Shown piece by piece: positions 37,501 through 49,840 of a stretch of 64,000 bases of DNA. Below the pieces are notes generated by a model that ran no database searches, had not been told where the DNA came from, and saw nothing but the letters and a program-made list of their open reading frames with translations. The DNA lies in assembly GCA_964247055.1 (NCBI GenBank), contig OZ176056.1, forward strand, positions 8,370,001 to 8,434,000, in the 5' to 3' direction. Source of the stretch: Paragordius varius. Its lineage: Eukaryota; Animalia; Nematomorpha. The stretch's first letter is position 1, and each line of letters opens with the position of its first letter. A program made the translations under genes and the position numbers.

Positions 37501-39454
37501 AATGATCTCACTCTCTGGTTTAAGAATTGCAAACATATCAATTCAACCTACCCAATGCTCCAGAAAACCCAACCTATGGGTAGAATTTTAATACTCTGAC
37601 ATGGGAACGGCTACATATAGATAATGTTGGCCCAATCAACGAGTTTTACTGGTTGGTAACTATCGATAACGCCTATCACTGGGTGGAAGTAGATATGCTC
37701 AAGTGATTTCGACTCGAGCATTCTAAATTGTCTGGAAAAGCCTATATTGTCAGATTTGAATTTCCTCGTCAAATCGTAACTGACAATACCAGCTACTTTG
37801 CATCATCAAAAGAATTCGATTCGGTTTTACCAAAATTCAATATTAAGCACATATCCGCACCATACCCTATCACCCAAAGACCACAACGGGTTGGTAGAAA
37901 AAAGAGTGATAAAAACCTTGAAAACCAAATACTACTCTACTAAAGGCGACTCTATGCATCCATACAAAGCAATGAACGGTGTTTTATATTCACCCTCAGA
38001 ACAAGTTTCCACGCGTCGATAAAAGAAATTCCTATCCGAATTTACAGAGCTTGAAACAGAATTACGCCGCAATCAACCTATCTACCACATAAAAAACGTC
38101 CGCCCCCCGATAAGCAGGCTAATCTTTTTAGGAAGAAAGTAATTTAAAGGACATTTTATTAGAGAGATTGCATGATATGATTATTTTTATTAGGTATTTA
38201 TTTCATTGTTCACTTGTTATGTTAAAAAATGAATAAATTTAATTGATACGTATCACAGTGGGCAAAATAACGAAGTCGTCTATTTGTTCTGATAAAAGCT
38301 ATTATTGGTTTTGGCAGTTCATTTATGGTAAAATTCATATCATCATATATTTTAGCATTTTGTCTTGCGTTCTTGTTAATCTCTCGATTCTAATGTTTTA
38401 AACCTAATAATAATGAAATAAATATATTTTTTTAAATCAGAAGAATAATACTATTTTTGAACTTTTTACAATTTTGATGCAATTTTAAATACAGTAAAAA
38501 TTATCTTTTTACATTTTCCATATATATATATATATATATAATCATATCTTTTCATTGAATTTACAAAAAATATATTCAAGTTTTTTTTTTAAATTTAACT
38601 AATTATGATTTGTTCATTATAGGAACTAAACTTGAACAAGCGAAACGTTTCAATGATCCAACTGATCCCTGTAAAATTATGGTAGCCACTGATGCTATTG
38701 GCATGGGAATAAATTTGTAAATAATTTTTAGTCTAAAAAAATGATAATTTTTAAATTTTTGGAAATTTTCTAAAAATATCAAAATTTTTAACATATTTAA
38801 TATCTTTGAATGTTTGGTTTTTAGATATAATTTTGTACGTTTTTTTCTTCTTTTAAGGTTAACTTGTTATTTATTTTTATTTAAATATATATAACTTGTA
38901 ATTATTTTCATATTTAAAATTGGACTTTATATATGCTTCACACATATTTTTATATAATATGTTATAATAGGATTATTAAGCAAATTTATTTTATACACTG
39001 TTAATTTTTATTTTTAGATAAACTAAATATTTATATTTATATAATTTCTTTTTTTTATCGTTTTTTATCGTTTCAAAACTTATAATATTTATGCCAACAC
39101 AGAAATATCAAACGAATAATATTTTATTCTCTGTTAAAACCTTCGCTTAACGAAAACACGGGTGAACGTGAAATGGAAAGACTTAGTATATCACTAGCCC
39201 TTCAAATAGCGGGTCGAGCTGGTCGATTTGGTTTTTGTGCTCAAAATAATCAAATGACGCCTTCGATCGAAAATAATGGTATTAACATTTTTAATTTTTT
39301 AAAGCTTTTTAAGGGATATTTTGGGGTGTTTCTGCTTTTTTTTCATATTTTTATTATGAGGTCAGTCAGTACACTATGTTTTAATATTTTTTCAAGAAAA
39401 TTTTTATTAAGAAACTATAAATGTTATTTAAGTGGAATATTGACATAATTTGAA

Positions 39455-39538
<84 letters not shown>

Positions 39539-40163
39539 CTTATCGTTTTATTTTTAAAACATTTGGTAACGCATGCATTCTATATAATTAATTATTTAGG
39601 TTTAATTCCATTAAAATGATTATATTTTTTGGCAAATATAGATGTTACAATCAACGAAAGTGATGAAACACTCATATTAGAGAAAAATATATCTTCCGAT
39701 CAAATAATAACTACGGCGGCACAACAACAGACATTTATTAATAATTTTGATTCAGGTTATTTCTTTATTTTACCTAAATTTATAATATAATATATATATA
39801 TGGTAAAAATTGGAATTATTCGCTAAAAAACTTAAAAGCAATTCAAAAAAAACCCTGACATTTCATACATATAGATAGATAGTTACATTTTTGAATTATA
39901 TAATTGAGTGTAGTAACAGTTTACATCTCAAATCCCATTTTGCAACCTAAAAAATGAATTTTTTTAAATTTTAATATTTTTTTAACATATCTGATTGATT
40001 TTATTGTAGGAAAACAAACGCATATCGTTTAATTAAATAATAAATTAAATAATAAATAAAAAAATCATATAATTATATGAAAATATGAACAATTTTGCCT
40101 GTATATAATTTAAGTTTTCACTGTAATCTACAGTGGGCTTAGTTTTTAAATTACTTACTATTG

Positions 40164-40222
<59 letters not shown>

Positions 40223-43200
40223 CTAAAAAATTAAACCAAAAATGATATAAAAAAGAAATCGAAGGGGGTCCAAGTTTTACAGCAATTTAATTAACAACAA
40301 TTTTTCTGGATAAAATAAGCAAAATCTAACATAAAAAAGTGAGAATAAAAAAACATTTAATATACAAAAAGCATATTCGTATATACCAATTCTCCAATTT
40401 TAAGTCTATAGTAAGTACGATTGTAAAAATATTATAAAGTGTAATCAACAATTTATGTCGTTATTTTATTTTATATTTAAAACAAAAAAAGATATAGGTT
40501 ATAAATTTTAAACCTTGGTAAACGCATTTAATTGTCAAATGGTAATATTTAATGTTTTTAAAATGTTAATAAAAAAAATTTCAAATTTTTTTACGGCATA
40601 TTACCATTTAGATGGAGCTTATGAAACAGGTGGCGAAGTGACATGTTTTAGCATGGAAGATTTATATACCCTAAAATCCATGCTTAAAAATGGTAAGGCA
40701 CAAACTGAACCAATTGAAGTAAATAAACTTATTTTTTTGTCATCCTTTTTATAATTTTGCAAAAATAAAGTTTTGTTTTAGGTTTTATTCGTCAACTTTA
40801 AAATAATACTATTAAAAAATTACTATAAACTAAATTTCATTTTACATACTCATTTTTTTACCCTAAAATTATGAACTAATCTTTACTTTTAATCGGACAG
40901 ATGAAATTCATATTTGACATTTAAAAAAATATTTCACGCAAATTTAACCGCAAAACTAATTAAATATATATCTAAATAATAAAATTACTATATACTACTC
41001 TAATATACCATTTACAATTCAAATTCATTTTAAAATAAAATATGAGTTGTTGGGCTAGTAAAACTCATTAATATGAAAAATAATTTTTTGGCTTAGTTTT
41101 TTGTTTTTTCAGTATTATTACAATTTTAAACAAAATTTTTGTTTTTAAAAATATAAAAAAAATATAGGTAATTTTTAATCTCAAAAACACATAATTTATA
41201 TTAGGGGGAATTTGAATTGTTAAAGGAGGTATATTTTTATTTTTGCCTTAACTCCGAAGTATATAATTATTGTTTTTTAAATTTTGACCACAATATTAAT
41301 AATGTATTTAGATTTTAAAAGCTTAAAATTTTGGCCAGTCCTCTTTACCGCTAAAAATATTGAAACAAATACATGATTTATGATAATTTTTGTATAAAAA
41401 TTGTTGTATTATTACGCTATAAATGTAAGTCGCGGTATCATATAAATAAAGTTTTATATCTTAAAAAAATTTTTATTTCAATCTTTTTATTATCGCTAAT
41501 AAAGCTTTTTTTTTATTCTCTACATTATAAAAGTTAGCCGGTCTGCACCTAACTACCTAAAATTTTTAACTGTTTTCACATCAAATTTATCTTTAATGAG
41601 AAATAATGGCATATTTGTTTCGAAAATTATTTGAAAATTATCTTATTATATCAATAAAAACAGTCATAAAACACAAATCAATATTTTATATAATTATTTT
41701 TTAATGTTATCTATTTTCCAAAAAAAGTCAGTTGGTTTGCACCCGACCGCCAAACAAATTGATTCGTTTTCATATCAATTTTCTTAAGTGAAAAGTCATA
41801 TAAGTTATAAAAAAAGTTTTAAAGAAAAAAAATCCTTTTTTCAAGTGAAAAATAGTATAAAGTTTTAAAGAAAAAAAAAATAGTTTTTATTATATTTAAA
41901 ATTTTTTACCAAAAAAAGTGAGCTGGTCTGCACCCTACTGCTGACCAAATTGAACTGTTTTCATATCAGTTTTTTTCAAGTGAAGAATCGTATAAGTTAT
42001 AAAAAAAGTTTTAAAACAAAAAAATAATCAAAACTTTTTTGATTTTTTTTATTTTGCTCGTTAAAAAAAGTCAGCTGGTCTACACCCAACTGCTGAGCAA
42101 TTTGAACTATTTTCATATCAGTTTTTTTAGTGAAAAATAGTATAATGTTTAGAAATTTTTTAAAAAATATAATTCCTTTTTATATCAAAACTTTTTTTAT
42201 TATTCTAAAAACAGTCATAACACAAATCAATATATTATATATTAATTACGATTCAAATTCACCCTTAAACAACACAAATTTACCTTAAAAATTAATTATT
42301 TGTTTTCGGGCTAATATAACTCATCATTTATATAAAATATATTCTAATGGAGTATATTATTTTTTAGTATTATATTATTTTTAAACAAAATTTAATTTTA
42401 TAAAATTATTAAAAAAAATAGGTCATTTTTAATTTTAAAGAACACATAATTTATTTTTAGGGTTAATTTTTAATTGTTCAAAGGGGCAATTTGAATTGTT
42501 TAAGGGTTAATTTGAATTATTGTATATACTATATATTTATTCGTTAAAAAAAGTCAGCTGGTCTGCACCCTACTGCTGAGCAAATTGAATTGTTTTCATA
42601 TCACCTTCCACGGGCTGATTTATCCAATCTCATTGATATATTTACGGCACTTAGCAAACTTGATAATGCTCGTTACTTTATGTGTAACATGGAAGATTTT
42701 AAATTCCTGGCTGATGTGTGCAGGCATATTCCACTCCCTTTGAGAGTTAGGTAAACGAAAAAATATTACATAATTTTATGAACTGCTTTTTTATGGTAAG
42801 CTATCAATGTTGAAATTTATGGATATTATAATTAGATGAATTAATTGAAATTTATGGTAAAAAAAATGTATTCAATAAACTGCTTTATTTACAGTAAGCT
42901 ACCAATGTTGAAACTTATGAGTATTATAATTTATTTAATAACTTTTTTATAGTAAGTAATCAATGTTGAAATTTATGGTAAAAAAAGTGTTTTATTATGA
43001 CTTTTTATTTAATAAACTGCTTTTTTACAGTAAGCAATCAATGTTGAAATTTATGGGGGAAAAAAATGTTTTATATGATAACTTTTTTAATAAACTGCTT
43101 TTTTATCGTAAGCTATCAATGTTGAAATTTATGGGTATTATAATTTTTTTAATAACTTTTTTATAGTAAGCAATCAATGTTGAAATTTTGGTGAAAAGAA

Positions 43201-44778
43201 GTATTATAGTAATTTTTTTAATAAACTGCTTTTTTATCAATGTTGAAAATTATGGGTTTTTTAATAACTTTTTTTAATAAACTGCTTTTTTATCGTAAGC
43301 TATCAATGTTGAAATTTATGGGTATTATAATTTTTTAAATAATTTTTTTATAGTAAGTAATCAATGTTGAAATTTATGGTAAAAAAAAAGTGTTTTATTA
43401 TGACTTTTTATTTATCAACTGCTTTTTTACAGTAATTAATCAATGTTGAAATTTATGGGAAAAGAATTATTTGTAATAAACTGCTTTTTTTACAGTAATC
43501 AATGTTGAAATTTATGGGTATTATAATTTTTTTGTAATAATTAATTTTTTTTAATAAACTGCTTTTTTACAGTAATATTTTATAATAATTTTTTATAAAC
43601 TGCTTTTTTACAGTAATTAATTAATGTTGAAATTTATGGGAATCGCTCCGCGCTTGTTTTTCCATAAGGAATGGGCTTAAAATTCACAACCCGCACAAAA
43701 CATAAAAACTTTTATAGATAAATTAACCATATTTATTTCAAGCCTTTATTTTATATAAATGGGGACCCTTAAATTAATTTTAGTAGCCTATATATAATTA
43801 TGCATTGTTTTCTGCTGTTTTATAAAATAAGTTCCTACTTTTTATTATGTTCTATATAAAAAATGTAATTTTATACAGTTATTTTGCCGAATAATAAATA
43901 TAAATAATTGTTTTTTTCCTAGAATAATTTTAAACCACAATCATATGGATTTAGGATCCTTTATTTAAATAAATTTTTAAATCAGTTTTGTTGAAATTTG
44001 TTTATATCTTTCTTATATTTTGGGTATAAATATAGATATGTGTTTTGTTGCGCTCCTATAAGCCGAAAACAAATGTTTGCATGCGCTATGTTCCTTAAGG
44101 TATATTTTAATTTTTAAATTTATAATTTTTTAATTTCTATTTAATTATCCTGCTGTAAAACATAATTTATTGCAAATTTATATTTATATTATGTGGATGG
44201 TCAAGGGATATTTACTTAATATATTTTTGCCATATAATTTTAACCTAACCAAATTTCTTGTATAAAGTAAAAATTATTATTCCGTCTAAATTTGTTGATT
44301 ATTAAATTCATGGCAGCCTTTTCAAAATTAATTTGACACCAATTATTTTTAAGCCATTATATTAATTTTTATATGACAAATTTCTTTACAGTTGCGTAAT
44401 CTTACGCCATTTTATAATCATAAATCTTAAATTGTGACATAGCCTACCATATAATTCACACTACTTTGAAATAAATAATTGAATTGAAAATGTTGATGTT
44501 AAAGATTGAGTATTAAACATAAACACGCATTGACAGAAAATATGTATTTTTCTTTGCAAAAATGATAATCTTTTTTTAACTTTTTATATAATAAATTTGT
44601 ACTACTAACCATTAAATGTGGTCATTTATTCAATGATGATATGTCTTTCTCGGTCATATCTAATATAGGTTAGAAATTTAATCAAAACTTTGCAACAATA
44701 TAATATTATGTAATGGTTTTTATTGCAAAAATATTAACTTTTTATATCAAAAACAAATAAATTATAAAGTTTGCGCGG

Positions 44779-44815
<37 letters not shown>

Positions 44816-47149
44816 ATTAAATGATTAATTTATTTCTCGATCATATATATTATAGTTTAAAAATTTAATTTAAGAGTTTGCAACAATACAATTATTACGT
44901 AATGACATTTATTGCAAAAGCTATAAACTTTTTATTTCAAAAACCTATAAATAAATTATAAAGTTTGCTCGACAATATAGCCGGGGACAACCGTTAACGT
45001 TTGAATGGTTATGTACGCAACTCAATGATTGGCCCTTTAGTCCGCCCAATACTATTTCCGATTTGATTCATCTTGAGGGCGTTTTTGATGTCTTAGATAT
45101 GTATCTTTGGTTAAGGTTTAAGCAATTTTAAACATTTTTTTTCTAAGATTTGTGAAAAATAATTACTTTTTTTAAATATATATATTGAACTAACCATTTC
45201 TTTTTGGACAATAATTTTTATCGTATATTGTAAATGATAAATATCCATGTTAGTTTTTTAATTAATTATAGTTTTTTCTGAAGAATATTTAATATGAATC
45301 CACACACGTGCATATGTAAAATAGATTAAAGATTTATGATTTTAATATTACCTTTTTTTTATAAAAAATTTTTATTGGTTTAAAAATTTACTTTTTTTAA
45401 ATATATATATTGAACTAACCATTTCTTTTTGCACAATTATTACAACAATCGTATATTGTAAATAATCTATTCAAGTTAGTTTTCTAATTAATTATTTTTG
45501 GTTAATTATCTATTTTCGGTTTTTTTTTCTGAAGAATATTTAATATGAATCCACACATGTGTATGTAAAATATTAAAGATTGGGTATTTACATATTACCT
45601 TTTTTTATAAGTATAATTTTTTAGTGGTCTTAAAATTTAAAAATTTTTTGTCGAATATATTATTTTAAACGAATATAAATTAAAATTAGGCCATAAAAAT
45701 CGGAAATTAGGCAAAATGATAAGCGCGAGCCAAATTATTAATAAACGATTTTTAATGAAAAAAAAAACTTATTGTTAAAGGGGAGTCTACTGTAATCCTT
45801 AGTTATCAATAACAATAATATATTTATTTATTGATTGATTGATTGATTGATTTTTTAGCTATCGATTTCCTGATATGTTCCCTGACATAAGTATGGTTCG
45901 GGATATGCAAACTGAATTAGATGCCATCATTAGAATCGGTTTTTATATTTTTATAATATTTTTTTTAACAAATTTGTCATTAGAGTTTAATTTTTGAGAT
46001 TATTTCAAAAATATTAAATTGGTTAATTGTTGCTTGCTTAACCTAATGTTAGTTATTATTGTAACCACAAATGTAAGCAAAAAAGAAAACTGTTTAAAGA
46101 GGGTGGATTTAATAGTCCTGATATAATAATTATTGCTTTGTAATTTGCAATTTCAATATTTTTTTAACATTATATATTTATTTTTTACTATTATTATGCA
46201 TTCATTATATTGTATTTATCTTGAGATAAACTTTTTGAAAGTATTAATCATATTAGCTAAATGCATTGTATAATATTTCTTTATTAAACTTTTTTAATTA
46301 TTTTTTTTAAATTTTTTCTTTGAAATATGCAATATATTCCCTTCTAGGAGTCTCTAACCTTACAAAACTTTTGTGTAATTCATCTGCCGCGGGCCCTGGC
46401 CTTGTCAACGAAGAAAATATTGATAATCTAAATCAAAGCACCATCAAACATGTTAATTTATATGAAAATTATAATGATGATGGCAAAATAACCAAAAAAA
46501 GGAGCCCAACAAAACAACATATTGCTTACAAGTACAATAATTCTCAAGATTGTGAAACTATTGTAAAACAACAAAGGCGGCCATTTAAAAAGGATTTGAA
46601 TCAAAATTATAACGATGAAAATGCAGCAATTAATAAAAAGTATACTTATTTCTAATACTTAACGCTTGAATTTCTTTATATCCATATAAAGAGGTAAATT
46701 TGATAAAAATAGTGTTATCAAGAATAAAACTGTTGTAATGAATATCAAATGTTTTTACCGTTTTTGTAACCCCCCACCCCTTGAATTGCATATTTTTAAT
46801 TTTTCAAATTAAAACATTGTCTTTTTGATGTTCTATAATTTATCTTAAAAATATAATTCGATTTATAAAATATAGTAGCATACAAAAAATTTTTGCCTGT
46901 AATTATTATATAATTTATATAAAATCTAACACATGTTTGCATCTTGAAATCGAGGGTGTCCAACACGAAAATATTGAAAATCAATAGTTTGCAAAAATGA
47001 GCTCACAAAATCTTAGTAAATTGATATTTCTACGCTATTTTTCTAAAGAAATTTATCCAATTGGCAACAAACTAGAAAAAATTCTTGTTTTGTGTTTAAA
47101 TTTTATACAGAATTATGTTTAAAATCTAATAAATTATTTATAAATGCCC

Positions 47150-47189
<40 letters not shown>

Positions 47190-48995
47190 CACATGCGACC
47201 CCCGAAGCCATTTGTGTTGGGGACATCAATGTTTTTAATAATGAAATTAAACCAAAGTCATTTCTTACTGCTTTTTTCGAGATATATATGTATATATAGA
47301 TTTAAAGCCAAAAACGATCTTGGTTACAAATTGAATGATTTTCAATTGAGTTTTTCTAAGAATAAGCTTAGATTATAATTATATTTTTGATTGTTTTTAA
47401 CCATATAAACTTTCTTAACTTTATTTTTTTTTGGCCATATTTTGCATACTGTAAAGAGATGAAGAACAAAACTCAAATTTTTCTCATGGTGGTTTTCGAT
47501 TAATTGAACGATTATTGGAGAGGGGTTTACTTACACCCAAAATGATTTCAGACCTACAGAAAGAATGGATGTCACAAAAAAGGACAGGCTCTTTTCCCCA
47601 TAAAAGCAAAAGTACCATTTTTTTATATGTTTTGATGGCTTTTTTAAGCGATATTTATATGTGGCGCTTAAAGAATTATGTGCGGGTAGATATAAAGTAT
47701 TGTGCTGGGTAAAAACTATATTAAATTTGGTTAGTTTATTGAATTTGGTTAAATTTTGTTTTTAACGTTTTGTAAAATTTTAAGGGCAGAAATTATACAG
47801 TAAAAATTGAAATCATGACGACAAAATGTAATTTTAAACCTTATTTATTTTTAACTCAGTTTGAACTGGAAAGTGTAAAATATTGTTACAATAATTACAT
47901 GTTTTAAGATTGTTATTTGCTATTAATAGGATTAATTTTTGGAAATGTATGGTTGTTTTTAAAGAAAAAATTTTGTCTTTATATTTTTAACATTTGTCCG
48001 TATAATTTCAATTTTTACTGCATGTGGTGTGTATTCTGGAGTTTAAGTCGTAACAGTTTTAAAATTTCTTTATTTGGACCATATTGTGGAGACGATTTCT
48101 TTTAATTCAAGGGTTTTTGTTATCATAATAATTGTATTACAAGCCTATAATGAGGCTAATATAGAGATTCTAATTAAACTTAATATAAAAATTCCATTTG
48201 GTGGTCCTGATATACCATTTAAAATTCGAATTCATTCTTGAACAAAGTAAATGTACCCTCGAACAATTCGAATTCACCCTAAAAATAAATTGCGTGTTTT
48301 CGGGCTAATATAACTCATCATTAATATGAAATATATTTTTACGGCATAGTTTGTTATATTTTCAGCATTATATCAATTTTAAATAGAATTTCATATATAT
48401 TAAAAAATAAAGGTTATTTTTAATCTTAAAAAACATAATTTATATCAGGGTGAATTTCAATGGTTCAAGGGTGAATTCGAACTGTAAATGGTATATTTGA
48501 AATACGTTAATAATGTTATAGCTTTATTTTGATAAAATACCCAAAACTAATAATATTGTTTGGGGTTTCATATTCAGCACGGGTAAAAATTATCCCAACA
48601 TTGTTGTAAGTTGAATAATTTTAAATATAAATATTTTGCCCACAGTATAGTCTCATAAAATAGTTTATATAATATATTATTCTTATTTTATTATTGTAAT
48701 TTTTTCATATAAAAAAATTTTGATAAATGGCAATTTCAATTTTTAAAATGTATTGAACAAATAATTTTTCCTATTCTTTCCTTTTACAGATCATGATGCA
48801 CAAAAAAATTATTTGGATTCTAGTCGAAAGGGGTAGTATTTATTTATATATTATTTTTTTTAAAAAAAATATTTTTATTTTTTACATATATATTTTTTTT
48901 TTAATTTTATATTTAGTTTTAGAAAAAATCCGTTGAATTCAAGTTCAAAACAAAGCCTTTCCATTGATCCCACACGCCATTCTAGTGATAAATAA
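27476..48995 (+). CDS. SUPV3L1: ATP-dependent mitochondrial RNA helicase SUV3, 18 exons, about 948 aa
   Basis: Exons: 27476-28011, 28860-29028, 29550-29709, 31924-32085, 34030-34173, 35595-35723, 38623-38716, 39103-39278, 39642-39755, 40612-40718, 42554-42750, 44036-44099, 44964-45115, 45859-45938, 46348-46639, 47457-47611, 48790-48832, 48923-48995. Total 2847 nt with consistent phases. Motifs: [10 protein letters not shown] (Walker A), [122 protein letters not shown]. The Arg/basic N-terminus (MLRHT...RLPRYYSSS) resembles a mitochondrial presequence. The last two exons and the exon 3/4 junction are less certain. Confidence 0.94.
28434..28843. mobile_element. MITE family B (SUV3 intron 1)
   Basis: Complete TIRs. 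The right arm has about six tandem GTGAATTTGAATTGTTCAAGGG units, and there is an internal (TA)n. Confidence 0.75.
29163..29240. mobile_element. MITE family C, left arm only
   Basis: TACCATTTGCACTTTAAGTTTGTCCTTAAACACTTCAAATTGGTCC. Confidence 0.5.
29670..30400 (+). repeat. Minisatellite of about 85 bp built from the SUV3 exon-3 end plus donor
   Basis: About seven copies of AACAATGATAATTTGGATTCTAATAATGTTGTTGAATCAAGTTT after the real copy at 29670-29712. Confidence 0.85.
30400..31270 (+). repeat. Degenerate tandem repeat of about 180 bp in SUV3 intron 3
   Basis: About five units carrying GGGGTTAGAAATAAAAAGTGT and TTAGTTTTAATTAAGG. Confidence 0.7.
31624..31905. mobile_element. MITE family A (SUV3 intron 3)
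   Basis: TACAGTAAAAATTGGAATTATACGG ... CCGTATAATTTT. Confidence 0.7.
32207..32914. mobile_element. MITE family C (SUV3 intron 4)
   Basis: Same structure as 8845-9378, with more subrepeats. Confidence 0.68.
33712..33954. mobile_element. Fold-back MITE family E, copy 2 (SUV3 intron 4)
   Basis: Same arms (AACAAGAGCTCTATGGTA / TACCATAGAGCTCTTGTT) as 7923-8152. Confidence 0.7.
34875..35154. mobile_element. MITE family A (SUV3 intron 5)
   Basis: TACAGTATAAATTGATATTATACGGAC ... CCGTATAATATTTTACTGTA. Confidence 0.72.
35920..36370 (+). pseudogene. Decayed non-LTR (LINE) reverse transcriptase fragment in SUV3 intron 6
   Basis: Frameshifted translation shows ordered RT motifs: ...NNYTTMTLI (NYRPISLL-like), [15 protein letters not shown] (Q.GFR), [11 protein letters not shown] (D..KAFD.V), [15 protein letters not shown] (PQG...LF..YI). 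Confidence 0.7.
36560..36935 (-). pseudogene. Possible second Gypsy pol fragment, inverted
   Basis: It shares TTTAATAGTTTA(TA)TGGTTAAACCGAGT with 37225-37260 in the opposite orientation. The minus-strand translation has a KKGWP motif like the RNaseH-integrase linker. Confidence 0.35.
37225..37960 (+). pseudogene. Decayed Ty3/Gypsy integrase fragment in SUV3 intron 6
   Basis: [11 protein letters not shown]...LHTGH (integrase Zn-finger), [15 protein letters not shown]...[22 protein letters not shown], and (frameshifted) YHPK.HNGLVEK; contains stops and frameshifts. Confidence 0.8.
39457..39533. repeat. (TA)n microsatellite, the longest of many in the window
   Basis: Uninterrupted TA run of about 77 bp. 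Confidence 0.95.
41004..41233. mobile_element. MITE family B (SUV3 intron 10)
   Basis: TATACCATTTACAATTCAAATTC ... GAATTTGAATTGTTAAAGGAGGTATA. Confidence 0.6.
41525..42602 (+). repeat. Four upstream copies of the SUV3 exon-11 acceptor and first ~50 nt
   Basis: AAAAAAGTCAGCTGGTCTGCACCCTACTGCTGAGCAAATTGAATTGTTTTCATATCA-like copies at ~41531, ~41721, ~41911 and ~42063; the real copy is at 42547. Confidence 0.85.
42245..42527. mobile_element. MITE family B (SUV3 intron 10, second copy)
   Basis: ATTCAAATTCACCCTTAAAC ... GGGTTAATTTGAATT. Confidence 0.6.
42770..43640 (+). repeat. Minisatellite in SUV3 intron 11
   Basis: Many copies of TAATAAACTGCTTTTTTACAGTAAGCTATCAATGTTGAAATTTATGG. Confidence 0.9.
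45165..45620 (+). repeat. Two-copy tandem duplication of about 220 bp in SUV3 intron 13
   Basis: ATATATTGAACTAACCATTTC and TTTTTTCTGAAGAATATTTAATATGAATCCACAC each occur twice. Confidence 0.75.
47796..48020. mobile_element. MITE family A (SUV3 intron 16)
   Basis: TACAGTAAAAATTGAAAT ... ATTTCAATTTTTACTG; partial internal deletion. Confidence 0.65.
48211..48494. mobile_element. MITE family B (SUV3 intron 16)
   Basis: TATACCATTTAAAATTCGAATTC ... GAATTCGAACTGTAAATGGTATA. Confidence 0.72.
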
Positions 48996-49840
48996 TTATA
49001 AAAATATTAAAAAAAATATATGAGAAATATTTTATATATATTCAATATCCAATAAATAAATTTATATTAGTTGTTTGTTTTATGTATATCGATATGCCAA
49101 TTTTTACAGGTATATTGTTGTAATAATTATAATTTAATTATTAATAATAAAAATGTGTTTTTATACAATATAATCAAGGTTAAATTAATTAATTTTTTGA
49201 TAAAAAGCGTCTTTTTAATCATATATATTAATTAATGTGGTTTTGTTGATTTAAAATACCTGATAATTTTTTGTTTTTTACAATACCTGAAATTTGTGTT
49301 TTATTTATATTTAATGTGCATAGTCATATATAATAAAGTTTTTTTATTATAATATTCAATTTTAAAAAGACTACTAAAAAATAAAACTATACTTTGGCAA
49401 TTTAATTTAACAATGTACACTAAAAACACGTATAATAAAGAAAGTCCTAAAATAACTCGGAACTAACTTCGTCAAAAATTATGGGGAGAATCCATACCAA
49501 AATCTTAAATGTAAATAGCACAGTGTAAATAATTTTTAAAAAACAAGGAAGTGGTTTAACCAAAATATTAAAACTAAGTAAAACAATACATGTTAAAACC
49601 CAGTAGTTGCAAAAATTTAAGCTTTATTTTAATTCATGAATCTTCTTAAAAACGGTAAAGATGTTATGCCAAATGTTGAGATAAAAATTAATATTGTTTG
49701 AAAAAAAAATGTTGGAATTTTTAAACAATGTTTAAGGGTATTTTTTAATAAATGCAATATTTAATCTCTTAGTTTCGAAAAATACTTATGATATTGGACA
49801 AATTTAGAAGTATACATTCTATGGCATTGCGCGCCTTATG

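Noticed and set aside
42963-43166. 67-aa repetitive ORF
   Set aside because: Chance reading of the intronic minisatellite.
46640-46655. Stop at 46655 as the SUV3 C-terminus
   Set aside because: The conserved GLLTP...KEW segment at 47457-47611 joins in frame via the donor at 46639.
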